Positions 24,529 through 37,923 are shown, counted from the whole stretch's first letter. The stretch: 62,373 bases of DNA, filler included, from Rhabdomonas costata (GCA_019059605.1; 29 parts of 29 records of this genome joined end to end with filler, not necessarily neighbours in it), one strand, 5' to 3'. The notes: a model not told the origin generated them from the sequence alone. A program made the numbers and translations.

Positions 24529-25760
24529 GTATTACAAGGTATACAAGGTGAAGACCATCGGGGACGCCTACTTCGCCATCTCTGGGCCTTCCTGCCTGAT
24601 TGAGGACGACAACCTCAACGCGCAAGGCGGGGCCACGCTGCGAATGCTGCACTTTGCCTCGGACTGCGCACAGATCTTCTCTGGGTGCGTGTGTGGAAGG
24701 AATAGGAAGAGGTGCTCCTGATCTGTCCGGCAAACCGCACTCTTCGCAGTTTTTTGATGGACATGCTGTCATCTTGTCGCCCTTCGTTGAGCTCTGGGTG
24801 GCGCCCTTGCTGTCTTGCCCGCTTGTTGCCCAACAGCCTGTTGTGGCTCACATAAGGTGACAGTTCCGGCACCACCGTGCACCATTTTAAGGAGGGGTAA
24901 GATCTCTCAAAAACGGACATGGTACATGGCGACCCCTGACATGACTCTTGTCATGGTCCTGGGAGATAGTCCGACTTCCCGGGTTGGAGCGTGTCCCCGA
25001 GGTCACAACACCGATCCAAAAAGGCTGTGGTCGTTGGGAACGCTATTCTTAGCCTCCACCACTGAGGAAGAAACGTGTATCCCGGTGATCGCTCAGTGAA
25101 GAAGCGTGAATTGGTTGGGGTCTGCCTGTTTCTTCGATACGCTCAAGAATCTCAATGTCGTGTGCATTTCAGGAGAAAACGTTGCAACTGCCGATGAGGC
25201 AAAGGTTAACGTCTAAGAAATATTATACGTCCATTCTTTTCGGTGGTCAGCTGGGCGATGTCTCTTCCAAAGCGGTGCTCAGTTCCCGATGGCGTTGGCT
25301 TCTCGATTCAACAGCGCGCAGTGAACTAGACCCCATTCCCCACCAGGTTATTGATTGACCACTTCGATGGCTCTTCAGGGCTGAGTCTCAACTGGGGCAA
25401 GTGCAATCAGTTCAACTCTTCAGCACGTCTTATAGTCCTCCCTTCACCACGCAATTCTGGACACCCCCTTCCTCGACTTGTGCGTGTCCCAATGCATACA
25501 CCTCTCCTGCTGACAAGACTCCTCTTCACTCTTTTACAGTGTATATCGCCACCCTGACTCGGAGGCCTGCGTCAAGGCGATGGCGGAGCAGAGCGCATTT
25601 GTGGCCGCCGACGGAAGGCCCAGGAACCGTCATCTCAGCCTGTCGTCGGCGTTCCTCGTGAAGTGCGCCTCGGGGGGCTCACGGTTCAAGTGCCCCATGC
25701 GGTACGGGATCAGCGTAGGCCCGGTGACAATGGGGGTGCTGCCCGGGGAGCGGCCCCAAC
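24529..25760 (+). CDS. Class III nucleotidyl cyclase, likely adenylyl cyclase (partial)
   Basis: Exons 24529-24684 (YKVKTIGDAYFAISG) and 25540-25760 (MRYGISVGPVTMGVLPGERPQ) joined by a GT-AG intron. Lys in KVKTIGD is the ATP-specifying residue; guanylyl cyclases have Glu. Confidence 0.9.
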
Positions 25761-27817
25761 ANNNNNNNNNNNNNNNNNNNNNNNNNNNNNNNNNNNNNNN
25801 NNNNNTTAATTAATTAANNNNNNNNNNNNNNNNNNNNNNNNNNNNNNNNNNNNNNNNNNNNTTGTTTGTGTTATAGAAGATAAAAAAGCAAAACAAATTG
25901 CGTAGAAATTCCAGAAAAACATGAAAAAAGAGAGAAAATGGCATGTATGACCACCATGATCCGTCTTGTGTGCACTCAGTATGGGTGATGGGAGTAAAAA
26001 TGCTTGCTTGTAATGGTCGCATACTCGCATGCGCTCCTTCCTTCATGTAAAGAAGGAACCCAATGAACAACGGAACCCAAGACCTTGACCCCGAGCCACG
26101 AGCCCAGAGACCCAGAACGCAAGAACAACTACACGAGTTCAGCAGTGTAGCCTCCCTCAGCACCACGAATACCGAATCATGACCCAACATCTGACTCCGA
26201 ACCACGCGTGTGTTAGGAGTAATGTGGTGACCAATTCCATCCATTGTGTCGTGGCGGCAGGTATTTTGTCGGCAGGAAAGTGTCTTTTTTGCGGTGTGTG
26301 GTATAAATGGTTACTCAACACAAAGGACAGTTTGTAATGTGATCTTTGTGGTAAGGTCATGTGAAAGGGGCGAAACATAAGTTTGCTTTGCAAGCTGTTT
26401 CGCCATTTTTGAATGCGTGAACGCACACTCGGTTCGTAACCGCGGCCCCAAACAAAATTTTAGTGAAACGTGCCAATGGAAAGGAAGCGTGGTCACGCGA
26501 GATGCGGTCAGGGCCCCCGTCGGGCGATCCAAAATGTGTGGTCAGATGCGGTTATCAAATGAGGTTAGGACGTGCAGACGACAGACCCCCAAACCAAATT
26601 GGAAGGCCGTGGGATGAAAACCTGGGAACTATCCATCTCGAAGCACTTTCCCAAACTTCAAAGCTTCATCCTGGCGCCGTGCTGTGGACGGTTTCTTGTT
26701 AACCTTTTTTTCCCCGTCTTTCCTCGAATTCTGTGCTTTCTGAATGGTCGCGTTTCTTTTAAGGCAAAAGGGCGTGCAGTTTTTTCTGTTTATGTCCGAT
26801 TATGTCCTGCCTGGTCCTCATGTCGACCGTTATCGCTCTCAAGATTGCGCGCCGTCCAAATCGAAGCGGGCAAAGCCATAATGGAAAGCGCTATGGAGGC
26901 CTACGGGCGCAGCGGTTCGAGATCAAAAGCACCGGCGGTAATTGCAGATAAGAGTATAGTTGTGCAGGTTGAAAGCCGCTAAGTATGTTGGCAAACACTT
27001 TTGATCCGATCTACAGCCGTGCGGACGATGCCCATATCAGCAAGCACCTGTGCCTGTTTTTTTTTGACGTGGTGCTACACAGTATCGTGTTGGGAAAGGG
27101 GTAAATTTGTTGGAAGGGTGCTGGAAACCCGCTCTGGATATGTCCGTGGTCGTGCAGGATGAGCGGCTCTGAGGCAATGAGGGCAAAACAGTTGTGAATG
27201 ATGATATTACCTCGACAAGAATTTTCGAATCGATAATGTGTTTGCGAGTATATGCGTGCACTTTGCGCGTTTCAGGTGATGTCTTCTCTGAATGGAGCTG
27301 CACACGACACGTTTTACTGTGAGACCTGTCGACGGATCTTCAACCATGCAAACCAACGTGACACACCCGGCTCCACTCCTCTCACTTCAGCTGAAGAGGC
27401 GACCGCACGTCACGCGAATACACGACACGATCGTACACTATCGTAAAAGCTTGCGAGACTTCTTGGAAGGCGCTTCGTACTCAGAACGGCAGGTATCAGC
27501 CCGTAGACATTCATGAAACTGATCAAACCGGTCCCCTGGCACCACAGCGCCGGGATGAAAATCGATCCACTTCTTCCACAATGGGTCCCCCTGTGGACAG
27601 AAACCACATGCAAGATCGTTACAGACAGAAACAGAGTTCATAGGTCCGATTCGGCACCGACTCGTCTGGAGATCCTACAGGACCCCGGTAAGAGCACGGT
27701 GTAACAATTCAGGCGACAAGCACAAACCGTGTTTGCACACGATTGCGAAGAAGAACGGGCAACATTGCTCAATAGAGAGAGAGCGGGTGGTAGAGCAAAT
27801 GCACGCCTTGAGGGTCG

Positions 27818-27910
27818 CCAGGTGAGAAGAATAACAAAATCCGAACATAGGTAATGCTCCCTAACCCCAGGTGAGAAGAATAACAAAATCCGAACATAGG
27901 TAATGCTCCC
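27818..27910. repeat. Direct tandem duplication of a ~44-bp unit at contig end
   Basis: CCAGGTGAGAAGAATAACAAAATCCGAACATAGGTAATGCTCCC occurs twice, 49 bp apart. Confidence 0.9.
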
Positions 27911-28657
27911 AAACCCNNNNNNNNNNNNNNNNNNNNNNNNNNNNNNNNNNNNNNNNNNNNTTAATTAATTAANNNNNNNNNNNNNNNNNNNNNNNNNNNN
28001 NNNNNNNNNNNNNNNNGGGGGGGGGTGGGCTAAAACAGAAAAGAAAGTACAGCACAACACACACATGTGTGCGTTTTCCCTGAACAAGCTGGCGCCAAGG
28101 AGCAGATGTCTGGGGTGAGATGAAGAAGGTACAATGCGAGACAAAATGGAATGTGCAGTGTGCTGGATATAATGCACAGCAGTAGCATCCCACAGCGTCC
28201 TTCGCCTCTGAGCAAACTACAGTGCGGGCTGACGTGCTGGAATCCGTCAGACTTGAGCGAGCTCATAATCCGAAAATGTCCACCTCGATATGTTCCCCTG
28301 CATCACCAATTGCAACTGTACATAGGGATTAGGGAGACTTCCAGGACAGGGGCATAAATGCCATCGAAGCCAGAAAAAGAGCACGGTGAGAGGCAAGAAG
28401 GCAAGAAGCACACCGCTAACATTGATGACCCTCCGGAAATATACTGTGCCAAAGATTCCACCGTCGCACGCGACACATGTTATAAACTAAATAACAAAGC
28501 TAACCTAAACTCTGCACTGACGACACATCGGAACCACATGCCGCAAACAGAAAATGGCACAGTCCTGGGCAACTGCTTCCATAAGCCTCTAATTTCCGTT
28601 TCAAGTTCTGCCAAACCTCGTCATGGCATTAGCAGCGACAGATAGGCTAAGGCGAAC

Positions 28658-29660
28658 CTTGGGGTGGTGTGGCGAGCGTCGGCATCGCGGGCAGACGTGA
28701 GCAGGGCGCGGTGGCGGGCCTCGTCCATGTGAGCGGGCCTGCCCTGCTTCAGGTTGCTCTCAAGCCGTTCCTTCTCTTCGCGACGCTGCTGAGCCAGCTT
28801 CTGCCGCCGCAGGTAGCCATCCACCCCAGCCGCTGCGAGGAATACAGAGCCATCCCCAACACAGCCACAAATACACACCTTTTCTGAAGCACGCCGCTTT
28901 TTGAAAAGGCAACCACGATGCGAAGGAAGGAGCGAAACTTTACACATCTGAGTACACACAGTCTACCACGCTTGCGGTCATCGCATATTTTCACCTTCTA
29001 CTACAGCAAGCATCCCTTCTCTGGGCACATTAAACCCAAGAGAGTGAGAATACTTTGGTTTCTTGCACTGACGCAGTGTGCCAAAAACCAACAAAAGCCG
29101 TCATCAGGGAAGAAAAGGGCAGCACGGTAACCTTCCCACAATAAGACAGCCGATCATTTCATCGACAACCGGAGGAGGAAGAACGTTTCCCAGAGTTTCG
29201 CGGGGTCAAGGAAAAGCTATTTTTTGCCCCCACGCCGACCCCACCCCGTTTCAGACCTGCTCCCAAAAGCGGCACATTTGCACATATGCGTACGCAATGA
29301 GATGCACCTGGGGGTGCAGGGGAAGGCGCCTTTGTGGCAACCTCCATTGGTCCTCTGTATATCGCCGGCTTGAAGGTGCAAAACTGGTTCACCTGCACCA
29401 TCCACAAGGAACACCAAACGATCCCAGTGCCGTTGGTGAGTCCCCCAAATCGCTGCCGTCCCACAACGTGGCTGACATGCAGGTTGCTTTCAGGGTGTTT
29501 TGCTCCATTCGAATTCAATATACTGAAACATCTGGGGCACGTGGAAGACACGTTTCACAGCAGAAAACAAATTCAAACGGAGGGAAGAAAAGCCGCATAA
29601 AAAAGCCGCACTTACCTCCTTTTCCGTAGTGGTCAGGAGGTCCTTTGGATCCTTCTTCAC
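28658..29660 (-). CDS. Coiled-coil protein with CTFxP motif (possibly cytoskeletal/basal-body type), internal exons
   Basis: GT-AG exons 29660-29616, 29392-29308 and 28832-28658 splice in frame: TTEKEVNQFCTFKPAIY...GVDGYLRRQKLAQQRREEKERLE. Confidence 0.7.
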
Positions 29661-30582
29661 CTGAGGCTATGCGAGAAGGTGGAGAAGTATGCAACAGACC
29701 GATTAGTTAAACATAAAATGAAATTTAGGCGGCCGCTGCAAAAAAAATTTTCGCCATCAACCATCCAAAATCAAAGTGAGGTCTTCCCACATTCATTCTC
29801 AGCCACAAAGCGAAACCAGTTCAGCCGGTTCAAGGTTCAAACACGATTTAATTGTCCGTGAAGACGAGACGAATGGAAGAATCTCCAGGCTGCAAAATAA
29901 ATTCCTTACATTCCTGCGAAACACTCTTTTTCATTCTGAAAACTGAGTGAATATATGAGAGCAAGAAGGCTCCGATGCACTGAAAACAATAGAGGGTGAG
30001 GTTCGATAAAACGAACCAGTTCCAGTACCTGTACCAGTAGTACCTGTACCAGTAGTATCAGTACCAACAAACNNNNNNNNNNNNNNNNNNNNNNNNNNNN
30101 NNNNNNNNNNNNNNNNTTAATTAATTAANNNNNNNNNNNNNNNNNNNNNNNNNNNNNNNNNNNNNNNNNNNNTTGTGGTGGTGCTCGTACGAAATGGAAA
30201 GTTGCTGTATTTAAAGAGACATTGCCGACAGAGCTTTCGTTTGCGAGGAAGGTCCTCAAAGAGGAGGAAACAAATCTGAACCTCAGCGACGATTGGGATA
30301 CCATTTTAACAAAGTTCCAATGGTCAGATGCTAACCACACTGGCGACATAATCCTCTCCATTTTTTGTCGGGTCGGCTGTTCTCTAGGGAGGGCGTGATT
30401 TGAACGAGTTGAACGAGTAGCTGCGCCCATATCATCTCGAAGAGCAAATTAAACTGTAAACAGACATCAAAAACAATACGATGACCACCAACAACATCTG
30501 TGCAGCGAGGTGCGTGAACGCCTTATAAAGAAAAAACGTTCCTAGCACAGCAAGCACCAAAAACTATGATACACCATACCTG

Positions 30583-32042
30583 GCGTAGTAGGCCAGTCCG
30601 CAGGTGAAGCCCACTATCAGCCCTCTTGCACATGACATTGGGGATGTCAGCGACCCTCGCCTGAAGAACACGCGATACACAGCTGGAGAACAATGTTCAT
30701 AAAAATGACTAATTTCATTTCAAAAAGAATCTTAAAGGCAAGTAAATGGTAATTCTGCATCTTTGTCCCCCTCCTTTCCTAGTGGATCAATATTGGACCA
30801 TCTCGAGATTAATTTTTCGAGGGGGGGGGGCGAATTGGAAGACAAAGGTGCTATTTGAGCGCAAAATTCTCTCGCTTTTTTTTTTGCAGGGGGAGGGGAG
30901 TCTCGGTATCAAAAGAGAGAGCTTGGGCAAGGAGTGCCAGAAAATCCCGGAAATATACCTTTTTTCTTCACTAGGGAGAGGATACTTTTTTCAAATTGAG
31001 TTTTGTCAAATACTTCACCTGGACAGGACCGCGACCGGGAAGTGAAGAGCGAAAAGTTGCCCACTCGGGCAGGTGTTGAAGATTATATGTAAATGAGGTC
31101 TGCGTGTCCCAGGTAACTGTAAAGACTCGCAAGCTGCCCACTCCGGGTTTCCATCACAGCATCTCAAAGCAACGCAAAAGCAAGACGACGCACACCCACA
31201 AACCGCGGGGCTGGAGGAGGAGGTGTTGAAGGAAGTCCCCGCCTTCTCTTCGCACTGCGGGAAAAGGAGCGTACACATTGCGAACAAGTCTTTCACTCAA
31301 TCACGTACCACCTAACACCACCTCAACCGCAAGATACAAACCGCACCTCGGACTGCCGGAGAGGTTTCCGCTGTTTCCGCTGTCGTCTGAGACAATTTCG
31401 ACCTCATCGTCGCCACAAAGCTTAGGAAACTTCGCCCGCGAATTTGAGTAAGTCTGGTCCTCAATCTCGGCTGCGCCCCGCCCGCTAATGTCCGTGGGGT
31501 CGAAAGAGGACGGGAACTGGGCCTCTGCAATTAGAGTGACGCCGCACCGCTGGCCCCGAGGCAGCACCTCGGACAGCGGACACGGCTTCGAGGCCACTGC
31601 GCCCGCGGAAAGGCCGCGCAGGTCGAACAGAAGCACCGAGCCCAATGACGTCCCGACGTACACGGAGAGGTTGTGGTGGTTATGTGCACCCACCCATCAC
31701 CACTTCGTTGGTTCACCGTTTAAATGGGTTCCTTGAGGAATTTGTACTTTATTGGACGCAGGAAATGTTAGCGTGCTGCTGCTCATGGGTGAGACGATCC
31801 CCATAAAAAATCCGATCACACACAGCGTTTGTGTGTGCAGCCAGGCAAGTGGTTGACAAATAACACAGCGTTCACGGTGTAGAAAGAAAAGGCAGCACAA
31901 TGAACGAAAAGAGGAATCACATCAACACATAGAACAAAAGCTTACCTACTCAGCTGTCGAAAAAAACGTGCAAGTGTTCAAATGATCACATCTCTGTCTG
32001 GCAATGGCAGCCAGAAGGCAGGAATCGGGAAGCTCGTAGAGC
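30583..32042 (-). CDS. WD40-repeat protein (RFWD3-like blade), partial
   Basis: Exon ~31696-31318 has VYVGTSLGSVLLFDLR, like the YAGxxNGxVLVFDxR blade of RFWD3. Upstream exon ~32042-32006 reads LYELPDSCLLAA. Further AG/GT-bounded exons lie near 31255-31050 and 30682-30580; boundaries are approximate. Confidence 0.5.
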
Positions 32043-32401
32043 TCGTATGAAAAGCGTGGAAAGGCCTCACAAGTAAGGGCGCTGCGCGCCGGGCGCTGAG
32101 GGGTCCCGAACGAAACGAAGGGATTCCAGTGTTCATTTTCGATTGTTTTCTTCGAGGTCGTCTCTTGCACCCCCCACCCGCCCAGACAAGTGTTGACCCT
32201 GACGCTCACCCCGGAGAGCGGCCTTNNNNNNNNNNNNNNNNNNNNNNNNNNNNNNNNNNNNNNNNNNNNTTAATTAATTAANNNNNNNNNNNNNNNNNNN
32301 NNNNNNNNNNNNNNNNNNNNNNNNNGGGTGTGTGGTAACTCTCTACCGTCGCGCCGACTCAGCGCTGCCCTACACGGAGGCCATGGAGGTGGCCCGCACA
32401 C

Positions 32402-32463
32402 GCCACGAAGCTGCCACGTCAGCTCCGCGCACTGCGCCAGCCCGGTGGCGCCCAATGGGTGAC
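32402..32463 (-). CDS. SCP2/SCPx-type thiolase, single internal exon
   Basis: [21 protein letters not shown] is the SCP2-thiolase C-terminal signature; the exon is AG/GT bounded. Confidence 0.85.
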
Positions 32464-33315
32464 CTTTATTATTAAGGGAGCACCCACCATAAGGTGGCCA
32501 ACCAAACAATGGAACCACACTCAGAGCAGCAAGTTTGTAATGTCGTGGAAAACAGTGGATAGCTTGTGTGGAGTCCGCGGGCACATACGCACATACCGCA
32601 AAAGTGTCAACGATGAATCAGTACAAATAATGGATCAATGGATGAGCGTCGATGTTGATCTATGATCTGATGATCCGTATTTCTACTCTGAGAGGGGTTC
32701 ATTTTTCCTCCCTGCGGCGATTCTCGGCTATGTGCTCCTGTGGACTCCCCTGGAATGAGGACTCCGGCTAGGTGCACCCTCTCTCTCGCGTAAATACCCT
32801 GGATCTGGGGCTTCGGAGCGGCCCAAGACATCCAGGAAAAGGCGTGGGGACGCTGGCATCGCCACCTAACTCCGCCCCAGTACACTATCAAGACTTCGGG
32901 AAGCGTGCATGGCCGCCTAACCCCATATAAAGACATGAGATGCCCATGCTTCACTTTTCACTCCTTTTTATCCACTAGAGGCCTTTCCTGCGCTCGCATA
33001 CCCTTGCACTCCACTCGGACATGCGTCGCTACATCCAACAGTTGGGAGCGGAGCGACATCTCAGCCTTTTCGCACACCCTCTCCCTTCCTGTCGTGACGC
33101 ATGTGTAGCGATTGCATAGGGGATTCACTCAGCCACCCTTTAATGGCGTGATGGGTCGGCCATGTAATTTACGATGTCTGCATTTATAATGCGGACGAAG
33201 CTGTGACGTTTAAAAAAATGACTGAAAGAGGACAGATGACACACAGAGAACACATGATCCCAGTGATTAACACAACGGTATTCTCTTCTTATCTTTTCTC
33301 TTGTTACTTGCATAG

Positions 33316-33556
33316 AAGCAACCCTTCACTGTTTGGGTTGTTGGCGCTGCTGGCCATTCCAGTGATCGAGTTGATGCTTCTGGTGCAGTGGATGTGCCGG
33401 CCACAGGAACAGGCTTACGCCCGCCTCCCTCCTCAACCCGTGATCCCTACAACGAATGCCGTTGCGTGGAATTCGACCAGCGCCCAGACTGGTTACTACC
33501 CGAATTCGTACCTGATGTCTACTACGGCCCCGCCAGCAGTCACCACTTCTATGTGA
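33316..33556 (+). CDS. Terminal exon of a single-pass surface protein (TM helix plus Pro/Thr/Tyr tail)
   Basis: AG acceptor after a pyrimidine tract; SNPSLFGLLALLAIPVIELMLLVQWMC followed by a P/T-rich tail and a stop. Confidence 0.5.
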
Positions 33557-34478
33557 TAAGCTTTTTCGCCCTTTTAGAAGGTTAACCCGCTGTTTCCGTT
33601 GACCCCTTCACGCATTCTTCACTCCTGTGAATAGTGGCGCGTCTTTTCATGGGTGCCTTTCGATGCTCTTCGCTCTTTGGTTTTGCCCTCTGGCTCCGCA
33701 TTTTGCTGTGTATAGTTTTGTTGCTAGGTTAACCAACGTGCTCCTGTTCTAATCTTCTGAACTTCTGTGCTGCCCAGCATTCCCTTCATCCAAACGTTGT
33801 GCGGTTGAGGAGCCGTGATGGCCGTTCATCTTGCTGCAAAACCTTACACAGCGAAGAAGGGCGAGTTCAGTTACAGAAAACAATGAAAGTTTTATAACCA
33901 CCCGCCTGTAGTGCGGCGCCGAAACATACATCTGCATGCTCGTGTGTTGTTGGCTAGCTGTCAGACGGCACGGCGGTCCCGGACCAATTACGTGGCTCTT
34001 GCGACTTCCCCGCGGAGCCCACTCGATCCGCCCCCCTCCGTGATACCTCCCGACAAACCTTTCGCTTTTTGAGCGCTGTCAACTCACCTGGTTGGCCTCG
34101 CTTTCGCCGGGCCGGGTAGAGCCTGGTCGCAACCACCCCGCGCAGTTACCCAAGCCTGTGGATTCTTGGTCGACGGCTCTCGGTCGCAACCTTCACGGTC
34201 GGTCACTTCTCACACTCCTCCGATGGGGACTTAACCCCATTCACTCCGCAACTCGTCTAATTTCGCAAAACTCCCCGACCTCGCGCCTCCCCGCACCTCT
34301 AAGGGGACTTGACCGCCGTCGCTTCGACCCAAAACACTGGGAAGGGGACTAAACCGCCTTCCCCTTTAAAACCCCACANNNNNNNNNNNNNNNNNNNNNN
34401 NNNNNNNNNNNNNNNNNNNNNNTTAATTAATTAANNNNNNNNNNNNNNNNNNNNNNNNNNNNNNNNNNNNNNNNNNNN

Positions 34479-36419
34479 TTCGAGGCGGTGGGGCGGCTGG
34501 GACGGGGCCGGTTCGGGAACGTCTTCCTGGTCACCATGAAGGACACCACGCACCAATTCGCGATGAAGGTCGTCTCCAAGGCCTCCACGGTGGACTCTGA
34601 TGGTGTGTATGTGTGTATGGGAAGAAGCAGCCTACTGCTTTGGGAGGTGCCCGGAGGGTCGCGAGAGCCCGTGTGAAGGAATTAAAGCACGTAAATGGAT
34701 TCGTTTGAGTATCCGTGGCCGAAACACATATGCACAAACAGTGCCCAACCAGCAGTGCAGAATGCCAGGGAGATCCGTATCAGCCAGCGCATTACACGTT
34801 CAACACACATACCTGAATTGCACTTTTAACTTAGGCAGGTGCCAATATTTGGCAATTGATCGAGATTACCCACATCAGGTTGTCGCGGAGGATTTCATCG
34901 CCACCGCAACCTCCTCAATTTCTGTCAAAAACGGGCGCGCAGGGATTCGGGACCTCTTCACGGAGCGCAGCGTGCTGAAGAAGTGCTCGCACCCCTTCAT
35001 TGTGAAGCTGCACTACACCTTCCAGAGCGAGGACAGCGTGTATTTCGTGATGGACTACATGCCTGGTACCTCCCTGACCGATTCGCCCATGTGGAATTGG
35101 GAGTGGCGACGGGGATTGGGTCTTCTTTTCTCCAGCCGTCAAGCGGCAGAACTTCAGTGCAAAATCGGGTGGAGGGCTAACACAACTTGCACCAAGTGGT
35201 GGGGTGGGTATGGCGAATACCCACGCTCTTTATGCTGCCCCCTTTGGGCTTTCAGTGGTGAATGGGAATGGATTACCTCTGTATTGGGCATGAAGTATCA
35301 ACAATCTCCGGCAAGTCTGAGATTCGTTGGGCAGGTTTCCTCGGAGATGGAGACGTCTCCGAGGAAGTGTGGACACCTGTTGCTGCACACCAACACCAAC
35401 AACCATTTACAATACCCCACAGCCAGCAGGCATTCTGTAGGCATGACGCAGTTACACAGTTTGAGGGACTGTCCGTTGTCGCCTATTCGGGGAAACAGAC
35501 GCGCGCAACACACACATTTTGTACCCGCGGGGCACGTCATCTCTGTATCTCTCCGTTCTCCAAAGGTGGGGATCTGGCCGGGTACCTTCTGCGCTGCCCC
35601 GAGCACAGGCTTAGCCCTGCTCTGGCCCGGGTCTACGCGGCAGAGATCGCCCTGGCGCTTCAGGTACATGTGGGGAGGGAGACAGAGCCGAGACCTAGAG
35701 GAATATTTGGTTCCCCAAAATCCATGCAACCCCTGCAATATATGAGCCCGACCGGCTTTCGGTTTGGATACCCTTTCTCCCAATACACTCAGTGCAAGCG
35801 TGGCTTGTCGTGAGGCGGCTTTGGTCAACAACTTTTGTGCCCGGTATTGCCTTTCACACCTGCGCGTGCGCCAGATTTTGATTGTTTTGATTCCCTGTGC
35901 GGAGTATTGCTCCTCGGCGGGGTAATGGGTGGTCGGGGTGGGGGGTGCAGTACCTCCATGACCTCCGCGTGCTGTACCGAGATGTCAAGCCGGAAAACTG
36001 CCTGATCGATGCCCAGGGTCACATCTGCCTCACTGACTTCGGGTCTCTTTTTGGGTGAATGTGTTCATGCAATACAGTTTGCCTGCATATTCGCCGTCTC
36101 AACAAGTGGAAAGACCGACACTGTCCCACGTGCTGACGGTTGCAAACCCGTTGGATTCGGACCCGGGTTTGCATAGAAAGGGAAAGTTGCTTGAAATGGG
36201 TTGCACTTTGGTAAAGTGATAATGGCGTGCCCACAGCAGATGCATACTTTTGGCAGTGTGAAACCAACGGAACACACTTTCACCACTTTCACTTTCTCCC
36301 CCGTTCTCTTTTGTTCTTGTCCTGTGCTTGCAGTGCCTGTTCTGTCTTCCTTTTCTGCGAACAGGCTGGCGAAGGAGAATGTCGATCGGGCGGACAGTGT
36401 CGTGGGATCACCATACTAC
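34479..36419 (+). CDS. AGC-family Ser/Thr protein kinase, subdomains I-VIII (partial)
   Basis: Exons 34479-34602, 34943-35065, 35566-35663, 35951-36042 and 36365-36419, all GT-AG and in frame. Motifs [42 protein letters not shown] and VGSPYY. Confidence 0.95.
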
Positions 36420-36635
36420 GTGCGCCTCCCTGTCCCGAATCCCCTCCTCCCTATCCACACATTCACCTCGGCTCCGGCGTTCGTTTACCGCAATGAGAAT
36501 CCGTTGCAAAAACCATTCAACCCCCCCCCCCCNNNNNNNNNNNNNNNNNNNNNNNNNNNNNNNNNNNNNNNNNNNNTTAATTAATTAANNNNNNNNNNNN
36601 NNNNNNNNNNNNNNNNNNNNNNNNNNNNNNNNTTG

Positions 36636-36780
36636 TGTGTTGTGCATCTGGTTGCTTGTAGTTCCCCTGCCTGTCGCTGCCATCTTGTGAAACTGGGGGT
36701 TAACAAAGCACTGCTGAGTGCCCGAGATCCGAGATGCAGCGGGAGGCAGGGGAACTACAAGCAACCAGATGCACAACACA
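36636..36780. repeat. ~37-bp inverted repeat at contig start (probable fold-back)
   Basis: TGTGTTGTGCATCTGGTTGCTTGTAGTTCCCCTGCCT (36636-36672) is the reverse complement of ~36744-36780. Confidence 0.9.
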
Positions 36781-36853
36781 GACACGCCAGACACGCCCAC
36801 CGCATTCGCTGCGGCCACGCAACAGCCCTGTACAATTCTTGAAGCCTCCCTCA

Positions 36854-37923
36854 TCATCGGATTCCGTGCGAGTCCGAGGAGGAAGAAGCGGAGGAGGAGG
36901 AGATAGTGGTGGTGCCGGGCGCAGAGTCCCTCATGGTGTCCTGTGCGAAGTTGAAAATCAGGCCCAGAATCTCCGGCACAGAGTCGGCGCTTTGGCTGAC
37001 GGTGCCGTAAAGCGCGTCGAAGTCCACTCGGGGTACCGGGCGCTGCGTGCGCAAACAGACTCCCCACTCCCCACGTTAGGACATACCACACGAGCAAACG
37101 CCCGCTCAGTTCAGTTTGAAAGTGCTCGAGCGAAAATTCCATCACCTACATCCAATTGCAATGAAGTTTCCAGGTCAATGTGGTCAATGTGCCCCTGGTT
37201 TGATTTTTCCACCTAAGTGGCAAAATCGCACTTGTCCAAAATGTCTAACCCTGAAGCAGCCTCAACGCGACTTTTCGTCTGCCTGGGATCCTCAGGTCAG
37301 CTTCTTCTTTCCACGGAGAGCCCAACCGTGGCGCAGTCCCAACACATGCACTCACACACACAGAAGGCGCACAATTTACAATTTACAATACAATTTCACG
37401 TGATCGACTGCAGGTCTCACTCTCGGGCAGTAATTAATCAATTGTAGTTCTTTATTATTCCCCAAGTCCGCCGTTCACCTTGTACACGACTATCGGGTGG
37501 CCGGTTTAGAACCGGGCGGCTTAAAAAGTCCCTTTACTGACTTCAAACGTCCTGCTCCCCGACAATAGAGAATGATGCGCATTCTGGTGCCCTGTTCATG
37601 TTCTCAACTTCAGAGACTCCAAGCCCACATACAAACACTGAAAGAGAAAGAGAAAGAGAGTACCTGAAACTCCTGCTCGTCGAAGAGATCCGCGATGTAG
37701 GGGTGCCTGAGGGCCTCCTCCACAGTGATCCTCCTCCGTGGCATCAGCACCAGCATGCGTTGCAAGAGGTCCAGCGCGGGCTCTGGTACGGCCCAGCCCG
37801 CGGGCGCCGTCTCCTGCAGCATGTTCCGCAGCCCCGCCCCGGGCTCGTCGGTGCGGGACTGAAGGAGAAAGTTCCGGATGATCCCCGAGCTCATCCCCTC
37901 CAGATCCTCCGTCGAGGGGTACC
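36854..37923 (-). CDS. MAP kinase (CMGC group), last two exons
   Basis: Exon 37923-37664 (GYPSTEDL...ALDLLQRMLVLMPRRRITVEEALRHPY) and exon 37042-36854 ending in a stop; GT-AG intron. Confidence 0.85.

Noticed and set aside
27818-27916. Direct repeat as a CRISPR array
   Set aside because: Only two copies with a 5-nt gap, in a eukaryotic context, with no cas genes.
30021-30066. GTACCTGTACCAGTA short tandem repeat at contig end
   Set aside because: Simple minisatellite of about 2.5 copies that probably just broke the assembly.
34600-35745. 381-aa ORF as a single kinase CDS
   Set aside because: It reads through introns; only 34943-35065 is in the kinase frame.
36633-36783. Contig-end inverted repeats as MITEs, hairpin telomeres or miRNA precursors
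   Set aside because: They share no sequence, sit at contig ends, and show G/T-biased terminal mismatches; one cuts through an exon.
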